DNA from: a virus | IMG/VR virus record: IMGVR_UViG_3300002835_000047 | Location: 1-64,000 of that record | Reading direction: 5' to 3' (one strand) | Length of the DNA: 64,000 nucleotides | Part shown: one piece after another, positions 37,578 to 47,700 of the stretch | Layout of the letters: the number at the start of each line of letters is the position of its first letter | How positions within the stretch are numbered: position 1 is the first letter of the stretch | The notes under the pieces: generated by a model | Database searches by the model: none | What the model was told of the DNA's origin: nothing | The model's input: the letters and a program-made list of their open reading frames with translations, nothing else | Translations under genes and position numbers: made by a program

Positions 37578-39856
37578 TGAAAAAAAATTCACTTTTAAAT
37601 TTTTTATCTGATACTGGGTATAAACGTAATAGCCCGGATGTTAACCGGCCATTAAATGTTATCCCTTCTGGTAGAATTACAATGCAAGATGTTGACTTTC
37701 CTGTGAGGGGTGTTGATAACTTGGGTAATGAAATGTTTATGATGCCTGGGGGAGAGTATTTCTTTCCAGGCGATTATGTTGTAGAAACACCTATGATGCA
37801 ACGTGGAGGATTAACATTTCAACAGTATTACACACCTGCTGCTGAATCTACAGGTGCAAACTATACACCAACAATGACTGTGCAAGCTGCTGAAAGACTT
37901 AAAGCAATACGTGATGCTCAGGAGTTGGCTAGAAGAAAACAGGCAATACAAGCTAGTCAAGCAGCAGCTTCAAGATCTTTTAGAGAACGTTTGACACCAG
38001 AAAACTTAGCTCAAGAAACTGGTGCTACCGGTGATAAACTCAGATTCTTTCCAAATGACCCTGATAGTTTTATTGATGACTATCTAAACCCCTTAAAAAT
38101 GGTGGGAGATATGGCATCTGGTTTAGGGAGAATCCCGCTTAATGTAAAGCAAGGTAACTATGGTGCCGCAGCACTAGATGTTGCAATCCCTTTAACAATA
38201 GGAGCATTAGCAGGACTTGGCACAAAGAGTGCTGGACAGTTTGTAAACAACCTGGCAAATCCTCTGGCAGGTACTGGTCAGTTTTTGACAACAAAAACTC
38301 CTTTAAGAAATGTTTACAACTTAATTCCTGAAGGAACTTTTCCTGGATACTCAAAGTTGAGAAATGCTGATAAATCATACAGAGTTGCGGGCATGGATGC
38401 TTACGATGACTTTGTTGAAAGTGGAATACTTAGGTCTAATACACCTGATATGCCTGTAGGTGCCAGTTTAGAAGAAAGAATGATGGGGGCTCGTCCTACA
38501 GGGTTTCCTTCTTTTCAAAAAGGGTTTGCAGATTTAAGATATTTGCCAGATAATGGAGGTGTTGTTTTTGAAACAGGCTTGCCCACCTTTAAAAGAGGTG
38601 AAATAAACCCCGTTACCGGACAACGTATAAGAGGCAGACACTACGCACACAGGGTCATTGACCCAAACACAGGTGCTACTATGTCAAATATACCTGGAGA
38701 AAACATTTCTGTATATGAAAGTTTCCCACATTGGTTAAGAGGTTATAAAGAAATTCCTAAACCTGCATCTAGTGAAAGTGTTGGAAATATATTTTTTAAA
38801 AAAAAACCGCTTCCTGATTGGGTCATTAAACAAATGAGATATTTAAGTTTACCTGAATTAAACAATCCACAAGCTTCTGAAGTTTTAGAAAATTTTAGAA
38901 TAAGAATTGGTACACCAGAAGGAAAAAAAAGATTAAAAGAATTGGGGATTACAGATACTAAAGTTTTTGATAATTTAAAAATAATTGCAAATAAAGAAAC
39001 ATTAGGCGAATATTGGCTTAATAGAATTGCATTACATCCAGAATTACCTGAAGTTAGAAATGTTACTAGACATGAGATAGAACATGGTGTACAGGATGCT
39101 GTGCAGCAAGCAAGAATGAATAAGTTTAATCGTGATCATTATGATTATTTTAAATATTTGTTTAGTCCCAAAAAAGCAGCTGCAGCACACGCTAAAGCTT
39201 TAAAACCTACTTCAGATATAGACGATATATTAAGTGGTTTAGAGTTAAGAAAAACACCCCAAAAAGTTGATTGGAATACAGTTAAATCAGTAAGAGAAAC
39301 ACCAGAACCACATAGATTATTTGAATATATGTCTGACAAAAAAGGTGCAACAAACTATTTTGATTCAGGATCACAAGGAAAAGAAAAATCCGCTTTTCTT
39401 GCGGAAGTTCAACAATATATGATGGATCAAGGAACTATTCCAAAAACTTCATACATAGATATTACTCCAGAAATGGTTAGGAATACTTTTATAGATTCTA
39501 GGTTTGACACAGAAGGTGTGGGTAAAATTTTAAGACTGTTTAATATAATGAAACCCACACAAAATAATTATAAATTAATTTCTAAAGGATTAAATAAAAT
39601 GTTGAGTATAGCACCATATGCTGTACCAGCGGCAATGAGCGTAAAAGCATTACAAGAAACACCTCAATATCAAAAAGGTGGTCAGCAGGTTGGAACAGAT
39701 ATATTGGATAAATATAAAAGCTATATTATGGGTGATTATAAACCAGAAGAAGAAAAAGATTTGAAAAATACTTATGATAAATTAAATAGACACTATTATA
39801 AAAAGGCAAAAGAAACCGGTAAATCTGTGCCAAATTATATTATGTCTTTATTGTAG
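37577..39856 (+). CDS. Modular putative virion cargo protein (ART-like and HExxH modules)
   Basis: Conserved-looking N-terminus (VRGVDNLG...MMPGGEYFFPGDYVVETPM), QxGG motifs and HEIEH at 39071-39085; first gene after the muzzle. Confidence 0.7.
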   Translation: MKKNSLLNFLSDTGYKRNSPDVNRPLNVIPSGRITMQDVDFPVRGVDNLGNEMFMMPGGEYFFPGDYVVETPMMQRGGLTFQQYYTPAAESTGANYTPTMTVQAAERLKAIRDAQELARRKQAIQASQAAASRSFRERLTPENLAQETGATGDKLRFFPNDPDSFIDDYLNPLKMVGDMASGLGRIPLNVKQGNYGAAALDVAIPLTIGALAGLGTKSAGQFVNNLANPLAGTGQFLTTKTPLRNVYNLIPEGTFPGYSKLRNADKSYRVAGMDAYDDFVESGILRSNTPDMPVGASLEERMMGARPTGFPSFQKGFADLRYLPDNGGVVFETGLPTFKRGEINPVTGQRIRGRHYAHRVIDPNTGATMSNIPGENISVYESFPHWLRGYKEIPKPASSESVGNIFFKKKPLPDWVIKQMRYLSLPELNNPQASEVLENFRIRIGTPEGKKRLKELGITDTKVFDNLKIIANKETLGEYWLNRIALHPELPEVRNVTRHEIEHGVQDAVQQARMNKFNRDHYDYFKYLFSPKKAAAAHAKALKPTSDIDDILSGLELRKTPQKVDWNTVKSVRETPEPHRLFEYMSDKKGATNYFDSGSQGKEKSAFLAEVQQYMMDQGTIPKTSYIDITPEMVRNTFIDSRFDTEGVGKILRLFNIMKPTQNNYKLISKGLNKMLSIAPYAVPAAMSVKALQETPQYQKGGQQVGTDILDKYKSYIMGDYKPEEEKDLKNTYDKLNRHYYKKAKETGKSVPNYIMSLL

Positions 39857-39907
39857 ATAATGCTGACTCAAACCTTATTAATATTATAAATTACACGTAT
39901 TTGTTTG

Positions 39908-39917
39908 TATATTAGTA
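39908..39917 (+). promoter_or_regulatory. Possible promoter core TATATTAGTA
   Basis: Resembles the recurring core, but has no TTTG at the expected spacing. Confidence 0.3.
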
Positions 39918-39946
39918 TTAACCGCTCTTTTAAATAAAGTATAAAT

Positions 39947-42379
39947 ATGATTGTTGATCCTTTTAGTTATTATAATAATTTGTATTCTCAGAGTGGTACT
40001 TTGAAAAAAAAATACCAGGAAGGTGGTTCTAATGGGTATGAATCTGAAGATTCTTTAAAAAGTCAGGTGTCAGAAATGATTGAATCTGGTGAATCACCAA
40101 AAACTGTTGCTGCATATCTTTCTCAAATTGGTTTAAGCGAATCAGAGATTAAGGATATGTTTTCTGAATACGGCTATTCAGATAGTGACTTAGAAGAGCT
40201 TTTTAATTCAGAGGAAGAAACTGATGATTTAGAAGAAAGTGATGAGTCAGAAGAAACTAAAGAAGATGAATCAGATTCTGATTATTCAGAAGATTCTTCC
40301 GGTTCTGATGTTTCGTTTGGTTTATTTGGTAATGATCTTCCTGAAGCTCAGTATGGTAATGGAGCAAATCCATTGACCATAGATCAATTTATGAATTTTG
40401 TTAATGGTCAAGATGGGTATGTGCAAAATCCAATTGCGGATTATTTACCAATGGATTTAGCATCAAAAAGTAATATTGCAGGTGCGGCGTTTGCTTTAGC
40501 TAATAGTGCTGCAGGTTTATTTAGCGGAAAAACAGATCCAGCAACCGGTTTAAAGCAAGGTTTTTTTAGAGATTTAAAAGTCAAAAGAGAAAGACAAAAG
40601 GAAATTGCACCTTATTATTATGATTATAAAGTGAATATAAACGCGGGTGATACAAATCAATATGCCGCAGATATTAATGATTTATATAGTGCTGCTAAAA
40701 ACAAAGGTCCGCTTAGAACCAAAGATGAATATATTGCAGATGAATTGCAATATTCAAGAATAGCCCCTGGTGCTAAGCCAGATACATATAATTTTATGTA
40801 TCGTAATAGACCAATAAATGAGAATCTATACAATGATGCACAAAGAAAAAAACTAAACCAATTTATAGAAAATAGCATTCCAGCATCAGAACCACTTATT
40901 AATGTACCTGAATACAGTTTACCTAAAGCTCAAATTGGAGGTTTGGGCGCACCACTAGGACTTAATTGGTCACCTAGGTTTGTAAGATCTAGTGAATCAA
41001 ATTCAAATGATGAGTTTGAAGATTCTGTAGAAAAAAGAATTTATATAGAGGACCCTAGAAAAATAAATGCTACAACTGGTAAAAAAATAAATCCCAATAA
41101 AGATTTGTTTAGTGGTGAATATGATCTAACTGTTATTAATGATCTTTTAAAGAGATCAAAGTTAGACGGTCTTAGTAGAGAAGATGCTTATAATTTATTA
41201 GCAATGGGATTGCAAGAAACAAATCTTGGTAAAACAGATTCTAACATTGGACATGTACGTCAAGGTACTAAAGAAGAAACTGATTATATTGCTGGTTTTG
41301 CAAAAGCTTACCGGGATAAAATGCAATATGCGGATAGATTGAAGATTAAAGATCCAGCGCTTAGGCTACAGGTTTATAATGGTTTAGGTATGGTTTATCC
41401 GGATACAGAAAAGAAATACCATACTTTTGAAATGAAAAATGTGTATGGTGTACCTGTACCTAAATCTGGTATAAACATGCGTAAAAATCCTTTATATGGA
41501 AAAAGAATTATTGATCTAAGGGATAATGTTTTGATGAAGAACAAAGAATTAAAAAGTATTGTAGATCAATATTACAGTCCTAAAATGCAAACAGGTGGTC
41601 AACCTGTTACATTTGATGAATGGGTTAATAGTGCCCCAAATGCCATGGAGCGCATGTTTAGAAAAAACGATCAAGTGGGTTATAATAATTATGTAAATGA
41701 TTTAACTAAAACTTTGAATACACCTGAAGTTGATACAAATCAAACCAGCTTTGTGCAAAACTTAGGACCTTTTCCTGAGGAGCTTATGGTTGATACAGCG
41801 CCTAATGCTAAAATGCTTACGCCTATAGATGTAAAGGATAAAGCTATTAATCCTAGTTTTATGCCTAGTCTTCCGTTTAAACCAGTTCCAAAACCTGAAC
41901 AAGAAATGCTTCCGATGCCTTCTTCAAAGCCTGTAGGAGAGTTTAAACCAAGCCCACTTTTACCCGTGGATAGCCCTAAAGTAAAAATAACAAATAAAGC
42001 TGAGGGTGATTTTAATAGATTTATGGATAGTCGTTTTATGCAGGGTTATGGCAATTTAAGTAATTTTGCTGTTAATGCCGCTGACTTTGCAAATGAAATC
42101 TTTAAAGATAAAAAAAGAAAGAATGCGGAAGGACGGTTATATGATATGACAATGGCAGATAACTATTACAGTTACAATGCTAATCCCATGAATAAAAAAG
42201 GAACTTGGGATGTTAATACAGGTTTACAGGAGCAAAATAATTATACAAACTATCAAATGTTTCAAGAGGGTGGAATGTATAAAGGAAGTAATACTAATCA
42301 ATATGCTGAGATTTTAGATTTAGATTCTGACTCAATAGCTGAATTGATTTCATTGGGGGCTAACATTGAAATACTATAA
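39947..42379 (+). CDS. Modular putative virion cargo protein with a lytic transglycosylase-like domain
   Basis: Five QxG(G) motifs, an acidic tract, and LAMGLQETNLG...LQVYNGLG...YGKRI of the lysozyme-like fold. Confidence 0.7.
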   Translation: MIVDPFSYYNNLYSQSGTLKKKYQEGGSNGYESEDSLKSQVSEMIESGESPKTVAAYLSQIGLSESEIKDMFSEYGYSDSDLEELFNSEEETDDLEESDESEETKEDESDSDYSEDSSGSDVSFGLFGNDLPEAQYGNGANPLTIDQFMNFVNGQDGYVQNPIADYLPMDLASKSNIAGAAFALANSAAGLFSGKTDPATGLKQGFFRDLKVKRERQKEIAPYYYDYKVNINAGDTNQYAADINDLYSAAKNKGPLRTKDEYIADELQYSRIAPGAKPDTYNFMYRNRPINENLYNDAQRKKLNQFIENSIPASEPLINVPEYSLPKAQIGGLGAPLGLNWSPRFVRSSESNSNDEFEDSVEKRIYIEDPRKINATTGKKINPNKDLFSGEYDLTVINDLLKRSKLDGLSREDAYNLLAMGLQETNLGKTDSNIGHVRQGTKEETDYIAGFAKAYRDKMQYADRLKIKDPALRLQVYNGLGMVYPDTEKKYHTFEMKNVYGVPVPKSGINMRKNPLYGKRIIDLRDNVLMKNKELKSIVDQYYSPKMQTGGQPVTFDEWVNSAPNAMERMFRKNDQVGYNNYVNDLTKTLNTPEVDTNQTSFVQNLGPFPEELMVDTAPNAKMLTPIDVKDKAINPSFMPSLPFKPVPKPEQEMLPMPSSKPVGEFKPSPLLPVDSPKVKITNKAEGDFNRFMDSRFMQGYGNLSNFAVNAADFANEIFKDKKRKNAEGRLYDMTMADNYYSYNANPMNKKGTWDVNTGLQEQNNYTNYQMFQEGGMYKGSNTNQYAEILDLDSDSIAELISLGANIEIL

Positions 42380-42381
42380 AC

Positions 42382-44697
42382 ATGGCAAAAGTAAAAATTT
42401 TAAATTTACCTGAGGGGATTACAATTAAAAATGGTAAAGTTCTGAAAATGCGTGATGGCGGTAATATAACCGGCGATCAATCTAATTATGGTTTAGTTAC
42501 ATACCCTAAATTTCCAGGAAGTATTAATAATGAAGCGTTTAATATCAGGCATAGCTTAAACGCAGTACCTAGAAATCAAGCAAATTTGGAAGCTGAAGGT
42601 GGTGAAACTGTTCTGACAGATTTGGATAATGACGGCTTGTTTGGTCTTTATGATATTAAAGGACCAAGACATTCATCTGGTGGTGTTCCTTTAAATCTTC
42701 CAGAACAATCATTTATATTTTCAGATACCCAAAGTATGAAACTAGGCGGTAGTGATTTAAAACAATTTGATATCAATAGTAGAAAAAAGATTACACCAGC
42801 TCAGGTTTCCAAACGTTATGATCTAAATAAATACTATGGAAAAATTAAAGATGAGTTTGCAGATGAAATACAAGTTAGAAGTGCCGAACTAATGATGGAT
42901 AAAAATAAAAAAACTTTATCTAAATTGGCTTTTGTTCAAGAGGCAAAAAAGAATTTTTCAGATGGTGTTCCTGTTATTTCTCATCCATACCTTATATCAC
43001 AAGGTATTGATCCAATTGAATTTACAGCAAGAGTAGAGGAAATATCTAATGCTAAAGCTTTAGGTAAAGCTGTTAGTGGTATGTCTGAACAGCAGTTGGT
43101 TAATCTAATGATGTTGCAAAACATGATTGCTGAGTCTAATAATCAAAGTACTTTTCAGGAACCGGCTCAAGTTGGCTTTGATGAAAGTTTTGTTCAACAG
43201 CCAATGGCAAGATATGGATTTGAATTTACTCCTGGTTTAGATTTATATCAAAAGAAAGGTGAAGTTAAAAATAAAGCATTTGATCAAAATGCATTAGACT
43301 ATCTTAAAAGTTTAGGTATAAATTTTGATCTTGCAGGCACAAACTTAGAATTTGAAAATATACAGTCTGAATCTAAAAATAAAAAAGGTAGGTTTGGTTC
43401 TGCTTCTGAAAATGAGGAAAAATTTAAAAGTGCTTGGGCAGGTATTTATCCTGATCTAGATGCACTTATTAAATCTTTAGATACTTACACACCTGGTAAG
43501 AATGAATCATATAAAAACCCTGAAGTTGTGAAATTTCAAAAATGGTTTGATGAAGTTTATGTTCCTAAGGAGGTTGATAGAATTAACACGTCTGTAAAAA
43601 ATTCTGGGAGACCTGAGCTTACTGATGAAGAAAAAAATAAACTTAGAACTGATTTGTCATCTAGAATAGGATTCAATCCTAATGCAAAAGGTAAAGATTA
43701 TGATGGTAAGTTTGGAACGTTTAGTTCTGCAGTTAGACCTTTTAATTATAAAATAGAGCCTTTAACTCAAAGAGAAGCAGTTACTCAATCTACAAATACT
43801 CCTCAAAAGGTAAAAACAATTACACCTGCAAATCCAGCTTTGCCTGGAAATAGGCCAAGTCCTCAATGGTGGTTGCAAGATTTACTTCAGATGAATAGTA
43901 TTGCCGGAAGAAACAGAGATATGTTTTTCCCGTTTCAACCTAATGTCCCAGATGTTGATTTGGGATATGTTTTAGAAGATCCTACAAGAGCCATTGCTGC
44001 TATCAATGAGAATGTTGGTCAGATTGGTGAGGCTTATGGCGCTTTTGCTGGTCCTCAATCTTTATCAGCAAGAATGTCCCAAACTCAAGGTAAAGCTGCT
44101 GAATTAATTGCAAATGAGATTGGTAGAGTTAACCAAAGAAACACGTCTGTTATTAATCAAGGTTTGGCTAGAAAAGCCCAATTTGATTTGTATGCTGGTA
44201 GAGAAAGAAGAGATAGACTTACAAAGGAGTATGATGATACACAGACTGTATTACAAAAATACATGGATGAAAAGAACTTTGACCGAGAACAGTATAATAT
44301 GGCTTTGTCAAATGCTATTACTAACAGAGCTAATACATACAACTTAAATTCCCTTCAAGATTATTTTCAAATTGATCCTACTAGCGGAGGTGTTATTGGT
44401 CAATTTAGTTCTAAAGCTTTTGAACCGGTTCCGCCTTCAGACATGAGTGATCAAATGATTCAGTCTTACGTGAATCTTGCTAAAGATTTAAAAGCTGGAG
44501 GTATTGAACCAACAGCAGATTTAGTAAATAGTATAATGGGTATTAAACAACAGACATTACCACAAGAAACTTATGCTCAAAGAGCATTTAGGAGTATGCC
44601 TCAAGGTTATGGTTTTGACTACAGACAATCTCAAACTTACCCAAGTCCGTATGCAACTCCGTTTAATCCAGGTTCAACTTTACCTGAAGGATACTAA
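42382..44697 (+). CDS. Putative virion cargo/ejection protein
   Basis: NLEAEGGETV...GPRHSSGGVP...FIFSD motif, recalled from crAss-like cargo proteins; synteny upstream of the vRNAP. Confidence 0.7.
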   Translation: MAKVKILNLPEGITIKNGKVLKMRDGGNITGDQSNYGLVTYPKFPGSINNEAFNIRHSLNAVPRNQANLEAEGGETVLTDLDNDGLFGLYDIKGPRHSSGGVPLNLPEQSFIFSDTQSMKLGGSDLKQFDINSRKKITPAQVSKRYDLNKYYGKIKDEFADEIQVRSAELMMDKNKKTLSKLAFVQEAKKNFSDGVPVISHPYLISQGIDPIEFTARVEEISNAKALGKAVSGMSEQQLVNLMMLQNMIAESNNQSTFQEPAQVGFDESFVQQPMARYGFEFTPGLDLYQKKGEVKNKAFDQNALDYLKSLGINFDLAGTNLEFENIQSESKNKKGRFGSASENEEKFKSAWAGIYPDLDALIKSLDTYTPGKNESYKNPEVVKFQKWFDEVYVPKEVDRINTSVKNSGRPELTDEEKNKLRTDLSSRIGFNPNAKGKDYDGKFGTFSSAVRPFNYKIEPLTQREAVTQSTNTPQKVKTITPANPALPGNRPSPQWWLQDLLQMNSIAGRNRDMFFPFQPNVPDVDLGYVLEDPTRAIAAINENVGQIGEAYGAFAGPQSLSARMSQTQGKAAELIANEIGRVNQRNTSVINQGLARKAQFDLYAGRERRDRLTKEYDDTQTVLQKYMDEKNFDREQYNMALSNAITNRANTYNLNSLQDYFQIDPTSGGVIGQFSSKAFEPVPPSDMSDQMIQSYVNLAKDLKAGGIEPTADLVNSIMGIKQQTLPQETYAQRAFRSMPQGYGFDYRQSQTYPSPYATPFNPGSTLPEGY

Positions 44698-44769
44698 ATG
44701 TAATTGATAAACTTAAAAAGTTTATTGATTTAATTTTTAAAACTAAAAAAATTTTTGTAATTTAGAGAT

Positions 44770-47700
44770 ATGGCAACTTATACACAGGGAAACCAACCTT
44801 ATTTACCCAATTGGCAGCCTTTTACACCGGACTATAAATTTTTGTCTGATGTTTTAGATACAAAAACTAACAGGTATAATACAAATTATAAAGAGTTAAA
44901 TGATTTGTATGGTAAGGTTGTTTATTCAGAATTGAGTCGTCAAGACACTAATGAAATGAGAGATCAATTTACAAACACTTTAGGTAAACAACTAGAGCTA
45001 GTTTCAGGTATGGATCTCTCTGTTGCTCAGAACGTTGACTATGCTAAAAAGTTGTTTAAGCCTTTCTATGATGAAAAGATTATTGTAAAAGATATGCTCT
45101 ATACAAAAAAGTATAGAGATGATATGCAATATGCAAATCAGCTTCAACAATCACCAGATCAGCAAATGAGAGAACTATACTGGACAACCGGTGTAGAAGC
45201 TTTGAATTATCAAATGCAAGATTTTAAAAATGCTTCTGCAGACGAAGCTTTGGGAATGTCACTTCCTCAGTATGTTGCAGATGCCGATCTAGAACAAAAA
45301 GCATTAGATTATTTAAAAAAGCAAGGTTTTGATGTGACAATGGATAGTATATCTCCGGATGGTGCTTTTATTGTAAAAGATAGAAATGGTAATTTAATTA
45401 CGGAACAAGCATATAGGATGGCTAGTAGAGCGCTTTTAGATGATCCCATTGTACAACAAGCTTATTATACAGATGCCTATGTAAAGTCAAGAAAGTTTGC
45501 AGACTCAGGTATTCAGACCGGTAATTTTAAATCAGTGAGTGAAGGTCAAAATGCTTGGGCTAGTGAAGTCATTAATGTTTATGAAAAAAATCTAGCCATT
45601 AGATCATTAAATGAAAAAGCAGATTTGAGTAAACTTCAGGATATAAATGTCAATTGGGAAAATTACATTAAAAATTATGGTATTATTCCTGGTTCAACCG
45701 AAGAGCAAGAATTAAATGTTGTACAAGATGAATTAACGTCAAAGTTAATGGCTTACCAGCAAACGCAAAGTATTTTGCAAAATGCTGGTACTATGGATAC
45801 TAAAACTACAAAAGGACTTTTAAATAAAGCTTATAGTTTGATAATGGGTTATAATATGCAGGATGATCTTTCCGCAGGTGTTGTAGCTTTTTCAAATATT
45901 AACAAAAGTAGAGAACTTAAAGTAAACGACTATTATAAGCAAAAGCTTGATCACCAACATGATTTTGCAAAAATTCAACAGCAGCATACAAATGCTATGA
46001 CGGAAGAAGCGCAAAAGCAGAGGAATAGAATTGATTTAGAAAAATTAAAAGGTACAATTGGTGGATCTGACTTTATAAATAGTATATTAGGTGGAGGCAT
46101 GGATGCTTCAGGTGCTGTATATAATGAAATGGGTACTGAATCTTCTGCTATAGATACTGAAACAGGTTTGGCAATTGACCCTAAAAAATATGATTATGTT
46201 AATGGTCAACAAAATAAGATCCTTAATTATCATCAGGATGCACTTAATGAAAACATCCAATTTGGATTAGAAGCTTTAGAAAAGTTTTATCCATCAAAAA
46301 ATGGTAATAATCAATATTCACTTAACTTTGAAAATACAGGAATTACTACTACCAAAGTGGGATCTTTACCAGAATTAAGGCAGTATCTACAAGATCCTCG
46401 CAATAAAACTATTGCTGAAGGATTTATATATAAAATGCATGCTTTAATGAAAGATCCGGATTTGGCAGTTAAGACAAATCCAAATTTTGTTAAAGAAAAC
46501 AGTGGCGCTAATTATCAAGAATTACAAACTAGATTTGATGTCTCTATGGGTCGTTTGACTGCTGTAGATAATATACAAACCCAATTTATGGGTACAGTAA
46601 GTGATAATTTTGATAAAGCAATTCAAACAGATTTAACATCTGAAACTAAATCTGTGCGTGAAGATATAGCTGCCGGTGCACTTAAAATTATTCAGCCGTC
46701 TCAAAATGGAACATCCAGAATAATCTCAGAGCAAGAATTTATTGCTGACTTTATTCAGAAGGCAAAATCTAAAGGTCCACAAAATAATAAATATTATTAT
46801 TACGCTTCACCTGCAGCTTATACTAGAGCTTCTATAGGAACACTTCCTCCAGGGGGAGTAAGTGCGCAGGACTTAGCTATGAGTTCTAGTAGAAGACCTA
46901 AGACGGATGGTTTTATATTTAATGAAAATTTAGCTGTGGCAAATGCAGTTAAGTCTTACAAAAGACAAAAGGATATTATGAATGCTACCCTTAGTGGTGT
47001 ACTTAATACCGAAGCTGAAAAAGGTGGCAAAGGAAGGATCTTTCAAAGTTTTGACGCTGGCTCATTTATGAGAGGTGTACCAAAAGATCAAATGACTGCT
47101 GCTGATGCTCTTAAAAATCCGTCCTATCCTTCGTTCTTTGATCCAACAACAATTGGTAAAGATCCATTGTCTCAAAGGAATTTTGCTTTTTTGGTTGGAC
47201 AGGTTAAGAAAACACCGTCTCAAGATTTAACGTTCTATGCTGGTGATATTGGTAAAGATGATGTTAGAACTGAATCAAGTAACGCTAAGGCTAAGCAAGT
47301 ATTTGATCAATGGTTGTTAAGTGTTTCTTCTTTTTCAAATGCTAAAGCAAGTAAGACAAATATACCAAAAGCTAATATTACATATAATCCTGTATATGGT
47401 GCAAATGATGCGGATAATTTGGGAAAAACTAAAGCGGCATATGTGATAACTTTTGATACAGATTGGTTACAGTCTTTGCAAGGAAGCACTAATAAACCTG
47501 GTTTAATTGGCGCAATTGAACTTGAATCATTTAAAACAATAACTATATCTTTTCCTCAGGATAAAGACGTTAGTGACAGAAGTTTTAAAGATTTTAATTT
47601 TTCTAATGTGATTTATGATGTAGAGTATTCACCTGAAAAGCAATATGTAAAAAATATTGATTCCGGAGGTAGAGTAAGAGTTTATAAAAACGCAAAAGAT

